DNA of 64,000 nucleotides. It comes from Macrostomum hystrix. Taxonomy: Eukaryota > Animalia > Platyhelminthes. Under the pieces are notes generated by a model. The model was not told the origin of the DNA and ran no database searches. It saw only the letters and a list, made by a program, of their open reading frames with translations. The stretch lies in the NCBI GenBank assembly GCA_950097015.1, contig CATNEN010000001.1:6572001-6636000 (forward strand), read 5' to 3'. Both the position numbers and the translations under genes were made by a program. Shown here piece by piece: positions 13,101-31,000 of the stretch (positions are counted from its first letter, which is position 1; each line of letters begins with the position of its first letter).

Positions 13101-16100
13101 GCACTGCTCAAAGTACCCGAGGTCGAGTTGTAATTGTAGGCGCAAATAGGCAAAGCTGGAGTGCTCGAATGATTCGATGGCGGCAATTTAGGCGAACTGC
13201 AGTTGCATGAGCGCTCAGTGTTGCGTTGAATACAAGTTTTAAGGCACTCCTGTTAGTTCATAAATAAATCTATGTTGAACGTCCAAGTTAGTTTTCATTG
13301 AAAAAGTACTTCACTTAATCCCAATACGATACCATTTTAGTGTAGTTGACATTAGGTAGGGCCCACAGGCTGGTAGTGCTGTACATGTTGATTTCCGAGT
13401 TGGCTTTCTCATAGTCCACCGCGCAGTTATCAGCGTACGGACTGCCGAGTAGCTTCTTGTAAGTCTGAATGTTTGAATAGGTAGATTAATTTAGACATGC
13501 GTGCAGAAAGGAAAATCCGTGGAAATATCGCGGAACAGCCATTCTATTTTTGGCTCTAAGAAGCATTGCACGTGACTTCTTTTCCGCAAACATGGAGAAT
13601 CCGCGGAAATTCCGCGTAACACCCGGTCTAATTTTAGCTCAAAAATCTTGCGCGTGACTTTTTGTCAGCCAATAGAAGAGCGCTGCGCCAGACCAGCCAA
13701 TCAGAAACGTCTATGAGCGTCGTGCTTTCTTGTATTATTATGAAGTAAATTAGCGAGCGCACGAAAACTGACCTGTTTAATCCCAATATATGTCTCCCTT
13801 CCAGGTGACACGCGAATTCCCGACTCCTCCGGAAACGGTTGCACTGTGGGCTCGTGAAGCACTACGACAATGCCGGCTGATTGAGCAACGGTGCTCACGT
13901 ATTCAGTTTGATCGATGAAGAGAGTCAATGTGAGGCCAAAAAGTGGGCCCTGCTGTTTCACAGACACTCTTGTTGAGTTAGTCGCGGCAGCATTGAAAGT
14001 GTAGCAGTTGCCATAAGTCGGATGCAGGAAGCGAGTGAAGTTTCTGGAGGGTTAAGCAGCAAATGAAAAAAAAGATAATTGCAGGAGGGCTATGGGCAAC
14101 TGCACATTGTTTGGTGACACTAGACCCGCAGCGAGCGAGGATGAAATTCTGCCCATATACTACTCACTATGGACTGGCCTGATAACACTCTCACTATACT
14201 GATTGGGTAGATATTTCGCTGACTCCTGAGCACACACGCACACACATGCACACATACAGGTGTGTACATCTGCCCTGACTTTCTCATAGTCAGGCAGTGT
14301 ACACTCTCACTTTGCCTTGGAGATTTGCCCTTAAAGGCGTAAATTGCACAGCAAGCCCCCAAGCCTTCTCTCTACGGCTGCGCCCCAAATAAATGTGGCC
14401 TCGCTACGGAATCGAGCCCCTGCAGTATATGAAACAGATTATAATTAAGACAATGGGCAAAAAGTTTACAGATTTTTTGGCTTGGTCAGTTGTCGACAGA
14501 CTTTAACGAGCGAATGCCTTGAAGTTCAAGGCGGAATCTATTTGACTATAGGGGCTGGACTGATATTATCTTGATGAGGCAACAGAAAGATGAAACAGGG
14601 GAGAGATGAGACACTGGAGAGATGAGACACTGGAGAAATGAGACACGGGGGAGATGAGACACGGGGAGAGATGAGACACGGGAGAAAGATAAGACACGGG
14701 ACAGATGTGACACGGGAGAGATGAGACACGGGAGAGATGAGACGCGGAAGAGATGAGACACGGGAGAGATGAGACACCGGGATAGAGACACGGGAGAGAT
14801 GAGACACCGGGATAGAGACACGGGAGAGATGAGACACCGGGATAGAGACGCGGGAGAGATGAGACACGGGATAGAGACGCGGGAGAGATGAGACACCGGG
14901 ATAGAGACACGGGAGAGATGAGACACCGGGATAGAGACGCGGGAGAGATGAGACACGGGAGAGATTAGACACCGGGATAGAGACGCGGGAGAGATGAGAC
15001 ACCGGGATAGAGACACGGGAGAGATGAGACACCGGGATAGAGACGCGGGAGAGATGAGACACGGGGATAGAGACGCGGGAGAGATAATACGAGGTCAGAA
15101 GTCAGAAGTCGTAAGTGACCTCGTACACGAAGTCAGAAGTTTCAGGTCATAAGACTTGCTCTAATCAAAATATTTACACACAATGGTTCGAGCGTCGGAC
15201 TCAAGACTTGAAGGTCGGAGTTTCGATTCCTAGCTCCACTGAAATATTGTGTCCTATATCAAGAGACTTAACTCTGCATGGCTTCAGTTCTCTCAGCTCT
15301 TAAATCGGCACCATCATCAGCGCAATAGCTGCGGCTGTGCCGTCGGCTGCACATCTGACCCAATTGGGGCACGTGTGATCAACTATATTACAATTATTAG
15401 TCGCAGACGGTCACAATAAATAAGCAACTCACGCCGAGCTGCAATAGCTAGTTCCCATGCTGCAGTCCGTTATGAGGTCGTCAATCTGGTAGCCGATGCT
15501 TGTCTTCACCGTATCAGTCAACGAATTGTAGAAATCCAGAAACATGTAGTTCATCTGGACACTATCCGGTACAGCTTTATAGTTCATTGCGCTGAGATTT
15601 CTAGTAGTTCCCGAGCTGTACATAGACGATGTGAGTCCGCTAAACTGTAGGATGACAATAGAATGGGATATTAATCGTGGGACGTTTCTGAGTCGTCAGA
15701 TGAAGCATGGATCTTTGAATTTAGAAACTGGATCGACAACTACCCGCCAAACCCCAATTTTCCGGACGAAAATACACTGGGCAGATAAAAAATATCAAGC
15801 AACAGATTTTCAAAAAAGATAGTTTCACAAGAACTTACAGAACTGGTTGGCGATGATCCTACACCTCGCTTTATGCGTTTAACTGAAATCCGGTTTCGTG
15901 AGGCATTTATTAATCAATTTTAAACAAGTATAAACGTTTGTTAAACTTGTGACTTTTGTTTCCCTATCTTTAAATCACCTGTAGGGGCGCTCATAGCGGA
16001 TGTGACATACTCGTATTTTGGTGTCACTGTAGTTGCAGCTGCCATCGACGCTGATGTTGCAACTGAGTGTAGAATTAAATCAAAAAGTGTAATTTGCTTA

Positions 16101-18713
16101 GGTCGAATTTAGCAGAAATCAATGTAATCGGATCTTATGGTTTCATGATGGGATCTTATGGTTTCATGATGGTATCCTATGGTTTCATGATGGTATCCTA
16201 TGGTTTCATGATGGTATCCTATGGTTTCATGATGGTATCCTATGGTTTCATGATGGTATCCTATGGTTTCATGATGGTATCCTATGGTTTCATGATGGGA
16301 TCTTATGGTTTCATGATGGGATCTTATGGTTTCATGATAGGATCTTATGGTTTCATGATAGGATCTTATAGTTTCATGATGGGATCTTATGGTTTCATGA
16401 TGGGATCTTATGGTTTCATGATGGTATCCTATGGTTTCATGATGGGATCTTATGGTTTCATGATGGGATCTTATGGTTTCATGATGGTATCCTATGGTTT
16501 CATGATGGGATCTTATGGTTTCATGATGGGATCTTATGGTTTCATGATGGGATCTTATGGTTTCATGATGGTATCCTATGGTTTCATGATGGGATCTTAT
16601 GGTTTCATGATGGGATCTTATGGTTTCATGATGGTATCCTATGGTTTCATGATGGTATCCTATGGTTTCATGATGGGATCTTATGGTTTCATGATGGGAT
16701 CTTATGGTTTCATGATAGGATCTTATGGTTTCATGATAGGATCTTATAGTTTCATGATGGGATCTTATGGTTTCATGATGGGATCTTATGGTTTCATGAT
16801 GGTATCCTATGGTTTCATGATGGGATCTTATGGTTTCATGATGGGATCTTATGGTTTCATGATGGTATCCTATGGTTTCATGATGGGATCTTATGGTTTC
16901 ATGATGGGATCTTATGGTTTCATGATGGGATCTTATGGTTTCATGATGGGAGCTGAGTGTTTTCATGATGGGATCTTATGTTTTCATGATGGGATCTTAT
17001 GTTTTCATGATGGGAGCTTAATGGTTTCGTGATAGGATCTGCACAATTTACAGTCGCTCCCTTACTGTCGGTCGTGTTTCCTGTATTAGTGGAACTAGCA
17101 CTCGCAGGAATGGTAGAGCTGCCACTCGCTGATGCCCTTGAATCCGAGCTGCTTGAGTTGCTTGAAGAAGAACTTGTTGAGGTAGCTAGTTGTAAAAAAT
17201 GTACGGTGTATTCAGGTTTATAAAATGCTATAAACCTAATTCAGATTCGTTGCAAATTTATATGCAGAGCTTTTTTAAATATTCGGTTTGTTTAAAACGA
17301 TATTGCAATAGTTAGATGTAAAAGATTCCAAACTGTTAGACACGAGATTTCAAAATATTAGAGACGAGATTCAAAAGTGTTAGATATAAGATAAAAAAGT
17401 GTTAGACACGAGATTTCAACCTGTTAGACACGAGATTCAAAAGTGTCAGACACGAGATTCAAACGTGTTAGACACGAGATTCAAACGTGTTAGACACGAG
17501 ATTCCAAACTATTAGACACGAGATTCGAAAGTGTTAGACACTTTATTTAAGAGTTTATATTTCCAGTATATATTTTATATAAGAATTCATTTGATAGATT
17601 TAATTTGTAAATTAGAATACAGATCTTACCTGTTCCGCTCATGACAGCCCTCACTCTGGACTGCCTGGCTGGGCTCTGGTTGCACAGAGTGACAGCAGGG
17701 AACGGTCTTGGCAGATTTATCTCGGAGCCCCTGACCACGGTTATCGGATAGCTGTAGAACTTGTCCACTATGGCTTTGATTTGTATTACGGTAAGGCCTG
17801 AATGCGCGTTGCAAAATTAATTATTGGCTTATGGTTGGCTTTAGATCTCAGGAGAATGAGAGAGACTGAGAGAGAATGAGAGACTGAGAGAGACAAGGTG
17901 AGACTGAGTGAGACTGAGTGAGATTGGGTGAAACCGATTGAGACTGAGTGAGACCGATTGAGACTGGGTGAGAGAGAGACTGAGAGAGATAAAGACTGAG
18001 AGATAGCGGCAGAGAGATATTGAGAGAGACTGAGAGATATAGAAACTGATAGAGACTCAGCGAGACTTAGAGACAGAGAGACTAGGAGATACTATAGGAG
18101 AGACTGAGAGAGACAGAGACTGAGAGAGGGAGAGAGGGGGAGAGAGAGGGAGAGAGAGCAGGAGAGAGGAGAGAGGACACTGCCCATTGAATTTCAAAAA
18201 TCTAATGTTGGAATCGATTCCGATATGTATCGAAAAAATTGAAATCTGGATTCGAACCAAGGCAACTCCAGACGCGTTTCGCTCTTGTTGGAGCAGTAGA
18301 GTAGAGCTTCAGCCATTTGGCTATAGGCGCTTGTTCAAATCCAGCTTTCAACTCCAACATATCGTAATCGATTCGGCAGCGCCCCGCAACTCAATCCATA
18401 CTCACTCAACTCCATGGCACTGACTCGGTCGTACGAGACGCCGGTGCTGGCCTGGGAGAGCGGGAGAGAGGAGAGACAGAGACAGTCACTCACTCAGTCC
18501 GGCCAGCAGAAGCAGAGTCCAGAAGATCTTCTTCATGGTTCCATCACTCCGGGTGATGTTAGGCAAGCCGTGCATGCCAATGTTGTGACCCCAGCTGATG
18601 GCCAACTCAAGAAACGAACTCCCAGCTTTCAGTTCATTGCTAGTTGGATGCATTGAAAGCTCGCGCGATGCGGAATTGCCATCATCGAGTGGAATTTTCT
18701 TCTCGATATGCAT
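7185..18713 (-). CDS. DEG/ENaC amiloride-sensitive channel subunit 1. Exons ~18494-18713, 17630-17797, 17066-17185, 16011-16062, 15433-15639, 13773-14043, 13333-13464, 13099-13249, 11269-11338, 9185-9242, 9028-9119, 8820-8928, 7185-7457
   Basis: N-terminal GMHG motif and TM1 (KKIFWTLLLLAGL); FPAVTLCNQSP; YGNCYTFN; GPLFGLTLTL; Cys-rich thumb; LSDMGGQ/VGLWLGLSVLTLFE TM2. Splice phases consistent. The start ATG and the 16011-16062 exon are less certain. Confidence 0.92.
7515..8798. repeat. 25-bp minisatellite (TAGATGGAACCCACAGCTATCAGTC) split by a foldback element
   Basis: Arrays at ~7515-7711 and 8583-8798. Confidence 0.92.
7712..8582. mobile_element. Non-autonomous foldback DNA transposon (hAT/P-like) with ~390-bp TIRs and 8-bp TSD
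   Basis: 7712-~8102 is the near-perfect reverse complement of ~8192-8582; termini CAAGGACCACTG...CAGTGGTCCTTG; GATGGAAC duplicated at 7704-7711 and 8583-8590. Confidence 0.9.
9300..11215. repeat. 19-bp minisatellite (ATGGCAATAGAGAGATGAG), ~100 copies
   Basis: Direct tandem repeat; explains the three long spurious minus-strand ORFs. Confidence 0.97.
11409..13051 (+). mobile_element. TIR element (GGGGCATTTCAAATATCC ... GGGTATTTGAACTAGCCCC) containing a Tc1/IS630-like transposase fragment
   Basis: Arms ~11409-11555 and ~12560-12720 are homologous, in inverted orientation, to the MITE at 37131-37600; imperfect TIRs. Confidence 0.55.
11820..12491 (+). pseudogene. IS630/Tc1-mariner-like transposase, 3'-truncated
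   Basis: Paired-like HTH (RERIVRAY...KKPTVRNIVTTYEQTG), PTATLQQMREHL, SLTTISRAL, first catalytic D in IFMDEFG, RGQNLTICLAIS. ORF ends before the second D and the E. Confidence 0.85.
14075..14420 (-). mobile_element. tRNA-derived SINE family A copy
   Basis: Reverse complement of the 36298-36655 consensus (AGTGTACACTGCCTGAC...GAGAAAGTCAGGGCAGATGTACACACC). Confidence 0.8.
14590..15085. repeat. GA-rich minisatellite with 16-bp and ~31-bp units (GAGATGAGACACGGGA / CCGGGATAGAGAC)
   Basis: Direct tandem repeat. Confidence 0.9.
15180..15400 (+). mobile_element. tRNA/CORE-like SINE family B copy
   Basis: B-box-like GTTTCGATTCC; AGACTTAACTCTGCATGGCTTCAG; 3' GCTGCGGCTGTGCCGTCGGCTGCACATCTG. Confidence 0.7.
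16130..17040. repeat. 21-bp minisatellite (GGATCTTATGGTTTCATGATG)
   Basis: ~43 tandem copies in an ENaC intron; the ORFs on both strands are artefacts. Confidence 0.96.
17330..17540. repeat. 22-bp minisatellite (GTTAGACACGAGATTCAAACGT)
   Basis: Tandem copies. Confidence 0.85.
17850..18180. repeat. GA-rich low-complexity / GAGACT repeats
   Basis: Low-complexity purine tract. Confidence 0.8.
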
Positions 18714-20519
18714 GATCAGTAATAAAGATTTTCTGATTTCCAATGATATATCACAGCGTTTGCTGTCATGTAGATTAATTGGCCATCTCCTATGTGATAT
18801 ATAGTCAAAGATGTAGCTTCGGTTGCCAATAGCAACGCAAGCCGGAATTGTCAACAATGGAAAAACTTCCTATTTTAGCATCATCCAAACGAAAAATTAT
18901 TGGATAGGTGCGTTGCCATTCCTTATTAGCACGTAGTTATATAATTAACAATCTATGATAATTGATTGATTGGTTGTGACGCTGAACACTCTAATATTGT
19001 CCACGAAAGAAACGTGCAGCTCGACTTGACTATGCCACAATATACAGAGCCCAGTACAATCGCCATTGTCCCTCTTAACAATGCCGGTCAAGTTGTAAGT
19101 GCAGCCAAATATCTGCAAATAATTCTGTTAATGAGGCGCCCTTTTCGTCAGACTAACGCCCACTGCACATTCCCCACGAACTCTCTCGAAAAAAGTAAGA
19201 GCTTTTGGATTTTAAGTACTCCCATTTAGGCACCAATTTCCATTCTAACAAAAATCCTTCAAATAAAAGTGTAGCAAAACACTACAGACTTTTATTGCCT
19301 AATTCGGTTAATTGGTTAGTGTTCAGCTAACTGAATAGGTAATTTAGCTTTCGTTTATTATGCGCATTTTTCGAGATTTTCCGGGTTCGTTCTCGGTCCT
19401 TTTGTCAGTGGCTGAATTTACCAGATTTTGGTCCAATAAAAACGATTATAAATTCTGTGTAATAAAACATTCGTTTAATAATGCCTACATAATAATTAGT
19501 AGTGAAGTCCTAATAAAATAGTATTTAGTGATTATTTTTATTTTTGCTTCATTACAAGCCATTATAAAAATGTAGTGAGAACTCAGGAGAAATATTCTTT
19601 ACTTTATATTTGACATTTATTTTGAATTTTAAATTAATTTGATTTACTTTTTACATTAAGTTTCACTTTTCTATTTAAACGCGCACGCAATCTATTGGTG
19701 TTGATTTATTATTTTTTTTAAAATAAGGTAAATTATTCGTAATTGGATAATTTATTTAATTCAAATAATTTAATTGCTTTATTTTGTATTGTAAGTAAAA
19801 CAAAGCTTAATAACGTGATTTTTATATCGGAAACCAGCTCAGTAAAAACATTTCCAGTGCTTCATTTTTAAGAAAATTGCGCTCGTATAGTTTATCAAAC
19901 TCAATTTAAATATTGTTTCAAGATTTTAATAACAGACACAGAAAGTAAGTTAACTTTTGCTTAGAAAGTAAAATAAATACTTTCTAATAGAAAATTCTCG
20001 ATAGCAAATAGACTGCTAGCTGTTGAATTAAAAAAGCGAGGAATATATAGCATTATACAACGAGTATACAGCTGTATATAGTACAGTATACTCGTATGTA
20101 GTGAAATCGGTCAATTTATTGATAAGCTTGGTTGCTATAGTCACTGAAAGTCACTGAATAAAATAGACATTATACGTGTGCAGATTCTAACACAGCTATT
20201 AACTATAAATCAATGAATTGATGAGAAAGACGAAAATGAGAGTAGTAGATAAAATCCATAAAACTACAGCAGGAAAAGCTATAAAAGTTCAAAATACTGA
20301 GTTCTTTATCACGATCGATTCAATGAAACTTGTGAATTGTGAATAAATATTAGTTGACAGTAAAATATATGCTTGTGGTTTGCAAACACAGTATAGACAG
20401 AGGACTTAAGAGCTAAAATATAAGAAACAAAATAGATTAAAGTTCAATACATTAAGTGATTCCTTTGTCTATCTGTCTATCTGTCTTCCCCTGTCTCTGT
20501 CGAAAAAGCAAGATTCTGC

Positions 20520-21000
20520 AAGATTCAGGGACTGAAGTCTCAGATTCAGGGACTGATGTCTGAGGGATTCAGGGACTGATGTCTGAGGGATTCAGAGACT
20601 GATGTCTGAGGGATTCAGAGACTGATGTCCGAGAGATTCAGAGACTGATGTCTGAGAGATTCAGAGACTGATGTCTGAGGGATTCAGAGACTGATGTCTG
20701 AGAGATTCAGAGACTGATGTCTGAGGGATTCAGGGACTGATGTCTGAGGGATTCAGGGACTGATGTCTGAGAGATTCAGAGACTGATGTCTCAGAGATTC
20801 AAGCACTGATGTCTGAGAGATTCAGGGACTGATGTCTTAGAGATTCAGGGACTGATGTCTGAGGGATTCAGGGACTGATGTCTTAGAGATTCAGGGACTG
20901 ATGTCTGAGAGATTCAGGGACTGATGCATGAGGGATTCAGGGACTGATGTCTTAGAGAATCAGGAACTCATGTCTGATAGATTTGGAGGCTGAGGTCCCT
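20520..21000. repeat. 23-bp minisatellite (GAGGGATTCAGGGACTGATGTCT)
   Basis: ~20 tandem copies just 3' of ENaC gene 2. Confidence 0.93.
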
Positions 21001-21046
21001 GAATGCACACACAATCAGGCAGGTGCTTCATTCCGGCGCTGAATCC

Positions 21047-26814
<5,768 letters not shown>

Positions 26815-27467
26815 CTGCTCGAAAAGTAAAGTGTCCAAAGAAATTTAGAAACGTTTTGAGTCCTATTTCTCAGCAGAAGACCAACTGTCAATGTGTCAGC
26901 CTTTTTATCCCAAAATAGTCTCGATCGATGTGAAATTAATACCAATCCAAATGTGACAGAGCGCTCACTTAGATTAATTACTATAGGCTATGTATGGTAG
27001 ATGTGAAAGATAATAAATATCATCTAGTTAGCACCCTTAATTGGCAGCTGCAATCCATGCTAAAAGCAGGAAGTGGATAATAAAGGACAAATCTGTTATC
27101 CATACACTAGTGCTAGATTGCATTTGCTGGAGTGTTTTCTGAATTCTAACCAATTTTTTCTGGTTAATCAATATCAAACACAGAAAATAGCATAGTAAGC
27201 AAACATTGAGTGAACTAATGTAATCACTGCAGATATGCAATGACAATGCTTTGATTGATTTGATTGCTCTCTCTCGCGCTCTCGACGTCAAAACGAAGCG
27301 TTTTAAATTAGCTAATTTTTTTATTCAATTTGCAATATCACCTAGCTATGTAGGCATGATTGTGAGTTGGAGTCAAATGTTCAAAAGAGCAGTCTTGATT
27401 CGATTTTAAAGAGATATTCTAATAAAAAAAGTATGTCTGTTCAAATTCGTTTCTTCTTTGTTTACAG

Positions 27468-27695
27468 GGGTCGTAGCCTAGGAATTAAAGCGCCAGACTC
27501 ATGTCTTGGAGGTCGGGGGTTCGATTACCGACTCCACTGGAACAAGTTTTATTCTTTTAGCAAGACAGCAAACTCTGATGCAATTCACTCAGGTTTTAAA
27601 TCAATACCAGCATTAGCTGGGATAATTGAGGGGTAGCTGTGGCTGTGCTGTCAGCTGCACATCGGGCCTAATTAAGACAGGTATGCCTATCATAT
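27468..27695 (+). mobile_element. SINE family B copy (internally deleted)
   Basis: TAGCCTAGG A-box-like; GGGGTTCGATTACC B box; GCTGTGCTGTCAGCTGCACATC 3' end. Confidence 0.7.
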
Positions 27696-28000
27696 AGTTT
27701 TATTGTTTCCAATCTAACTAAAACAGAAATCTAAGTTCTGATTACCAGTTTGTAACTGTGTTGGCTTATTTGGTTTTAAAAACGACAGTTCTATGATAAG
27801 AATTTCTAGCTCGTAGAAACACAAGACTAAACAGTAGGCATTTAGGGACAGAAGGACGAATTATTTACAAAAATGTTGGAAGCTACTGATTGCTACTAAA
27901 AAGCTGAAAATTTACCAGTCTGTTAGAAAGAGCAGTTATAAAACATATCAACGTGGGAAGAACTTCAAAAATTGAGTTTATTTGTGTACATAAACAAATA

Positions 28001-31000
28001 TTAGTATTTCTTTTCGTTGTCCAAATCTCTCTGACGACGGGCGTTGACTTTGCGAATAATGATCTGCATCATCTTGTCGGTGAACACTCGCCTGTCCGAC
28101 TCTTCCATCTCGTCTAGTTCGCCTTCGCGTAGGACCCTGCCAAACACCTGGCGTTCCGCATCCCGCATATCTTCCGTGTGCTGTACAATTCCCAGACGAG
28201 TGACGTCGTTCAGCACGTCCGTGTGAGCGCCGGAGCCGTGACAGGCTGACCGATTTTTTATTTGAAGGGGGTGACAATTAAATCTAGTATATTAGACTGG
28301 CTAAAATACCCCCCATTGACTATAGAAAATGTATGTTCACATTCAAGATAAAACCTTGTACCTAAAGACTTCTGGCTTTACGAGAGGAATTAAGTATAAT
28401 AGACTTGCTATAGTTTAGTATAGCAGCTGTTAGTACCATTATGTTACTATTTTTCTTGTTTCTTCTTGTTCGGAAGTATCTACTTTAACAGCAAGAGCAA
28501 AAGGAACTAAAAAATTACCTTTTCTGGCTGCATGGGCGGTTGCCTCAACCATGCCGACAATCATCTCCAGAGCTTGCGCCTCAGGCTCCAGTTCATGCAC
28601 CGTATTCTGCGCCTTCTTGTACCAAGGCAGCGGCGAGTAGTGCGTAGCTCTGCTAGGCGGCGGCGGGAACAGAAACAGCTCGCCGGCGCCAGACTCGCCA
28701 GTGGCCGGTCGATTCCAGCCAGCGGTGCCTAGTCGCAGTGTGGCGTCTCCCGCGCCCTCCTGGCCCTTGCGCAGTTCCATCCGCAAGCGTCGCATCTCCT
28801 CTTCGTGTCTTTGCTGATCTTCAAGTCGGCGAAGTTTCTCAGCGCGCACCTGCTCGTCTAGGTATTCGCGATCGCGCCTTAACCGTATGAGCTCCTCTGC
28901 GTCCTCCTTGGCTTGTCGCTCGCGTTCGATTCGCAGCGCCTCTTCAGCGGCTTCGCGTTTCACTTCGCTCCGGTGAAGCTCGTCCTCCAGGCCGAAGATG
29001 CGCTGCTTGTCTGCTTCACGCTGAACTCGGCGGCGCTCTCGCTCGTCGGCTCGAACCCGATCGGCGCGGCCTTCTTCAACCAGCCATTGGCGCCAGTTGG
29101 GCTGAATGCCTCCGTCTACACGGCCAGTGTTTGGGTCTGCATAATGGCGAACAAAGGTGTTACGTACGCTTCGAGATCAGATATTGCTTCACACCTCTAA
29201 ATCCCTTTTTGTTATTTTGATAGATCCTCGATAATACCCAACCAGTTGGACCAGACTACAGCTATGTACAGCTATTCAGTCCGTGGAATGAGGGCGCCGA
29301 ACCGCCATACTCAACTAAATTTATATTTCCAGCTGAATGCATTGAAGCTATGAGTACTTAAGCACACATTTTTTACCGGGCTTCCGGTAGAAAAGCAAAG
29401 GGCAAGAGGGCTAACTATCCCTAACTCATACCTGTAGGCAACCTCCTTGCAAATATCATTGTTAGTAAGGTGATCAGCTGATAATCTACTCACTCTGAGT
29501 TGGATCCAGAATCGGCGCCGTCTTATCAAAGTTGATGAGTCTGTACAGGTCCGAGAAGTAGAACCTGTTGATGAGGTACTGAAAGTCTCGCGCCTGCAGC
29601 TTCAAGCCCTCGGTCTTGAGCGCCTTCTCGAAAGCTGCCAGCTAAAAGGAGGATTTCAAACATCGTTTTTGCATCGATCACGGCTAATAGATCACGATAC
29701 GAGCTACCTACGTTTGCACCAGCTTTCAGGGGCGCCTTCATCAGGATGAAATAGCAGGCCACAGAGATGGCTAAGAATTCCTCTTGCAGGCCTGGCATGT
29801 CCAGCGACACCACGTATTGATCCCAGATAAACAGCAGGGCGTCCATGCTCAGAATACCTAAAATGAAATTGACGTCTTTGGGTTGTCGACACTCGACCCG
29901 CAGCCAACTGGGAGATTTCACCCGCTGAACCTTGAGAACACACAATTCCACTTGACGTAAATCGCCTAAAAGCCCACAAGCCTTGTACAAGGACCACTAG
30001 GAGTAAAGGAACTCCTATCTGCGACTAAGTGTGGCCTTTCTCAGAAAGTCTCGCCCAGGGACATTGCCATTTATCCACTAGACTCCTAGTTGAATTATAC
30101 ATCGTTATTTAGGTACCCGGCCCTGAGGTACCACGGGGATATTTCAGATACCCACTGCCAACTCTACGTTAGCTCCCAAACCGATTTATGGTGGTTTTTT
30201 ACTCACCGACAAAGAATGGCTTGAGCATAGTCTTCATTAGTGGCATCATGGCTCCTGCCAGATAAAAGTCGTCCTCCTGATTCGAAAAATCGGCTCCGTG
30301 CTCCCGCCCAGGTGCCAGGGCTGTTGCAAAAATGTTGACAATCTCAGCGTCCGCCTGTCTAGCCAGTGAGATTACTCTGGCTGCGAAATGTTTCAAAGCA
30401 GATTCGTTCTCTTCGTGGCCAGTGTCCACCATGAATTTTGGCCGGCTACTCATGAAGGTGAAGTATTCCTGTACGAGTACTTCAATTACGCTGGTTGGCG
30501 GTGGTTCGTGTCTGGAAGGCATTGACAATAAGTACACTGGCTTCAAGTAAAGTGTCAATATTTTTAGTAAGCTGTACGCACTGAAGTATCGTTAATTCTG
30601 CCCATAACTCCGCTCGCCCGTGAGCACACACAATCACACAAATTTAAACGCAGGCAAACACACGCAGTTTGAACGTCTGAACACCTGTTCTCATCGTCGT
30701 TCTGATGATAATAATAACTGCTTTGAGGGCTGCGGGCAATGGCACATCTGTTTGGTGACACTAGACCCACAGCCAGCGAGAAGGCGATTCTGCCCATTTC
30801 ACAGACTCCTGAGCACACACGCACACAGATACTGTACGCAGGTACACACTCACACAAGTGTCTACATCTGGTCTGACTTTCTCATCTTCAGGCCGTGTAC
30901 ACTTCACTGTGCCTTGGAGGTTGGCCCTCGAGGAGCGAAAATTGCACAAGCCCCCAAGCCTTCTCTCTGAGGCTGCGCCCAAAATTGTTATGGCCTGGCC

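Noticed and set aside
16094-17032. MMGSYGF / HHETIRS repeat proteins
   Set aside because: 21-bp intronic minisatellite; no splice or codon evidence
29704-29997. Alternative exon MVLVQGLWAF...
   Set aside because: The TBC-like frame is maintained only with the acceptor at 29857; the upstream AG gives an unrelated frame
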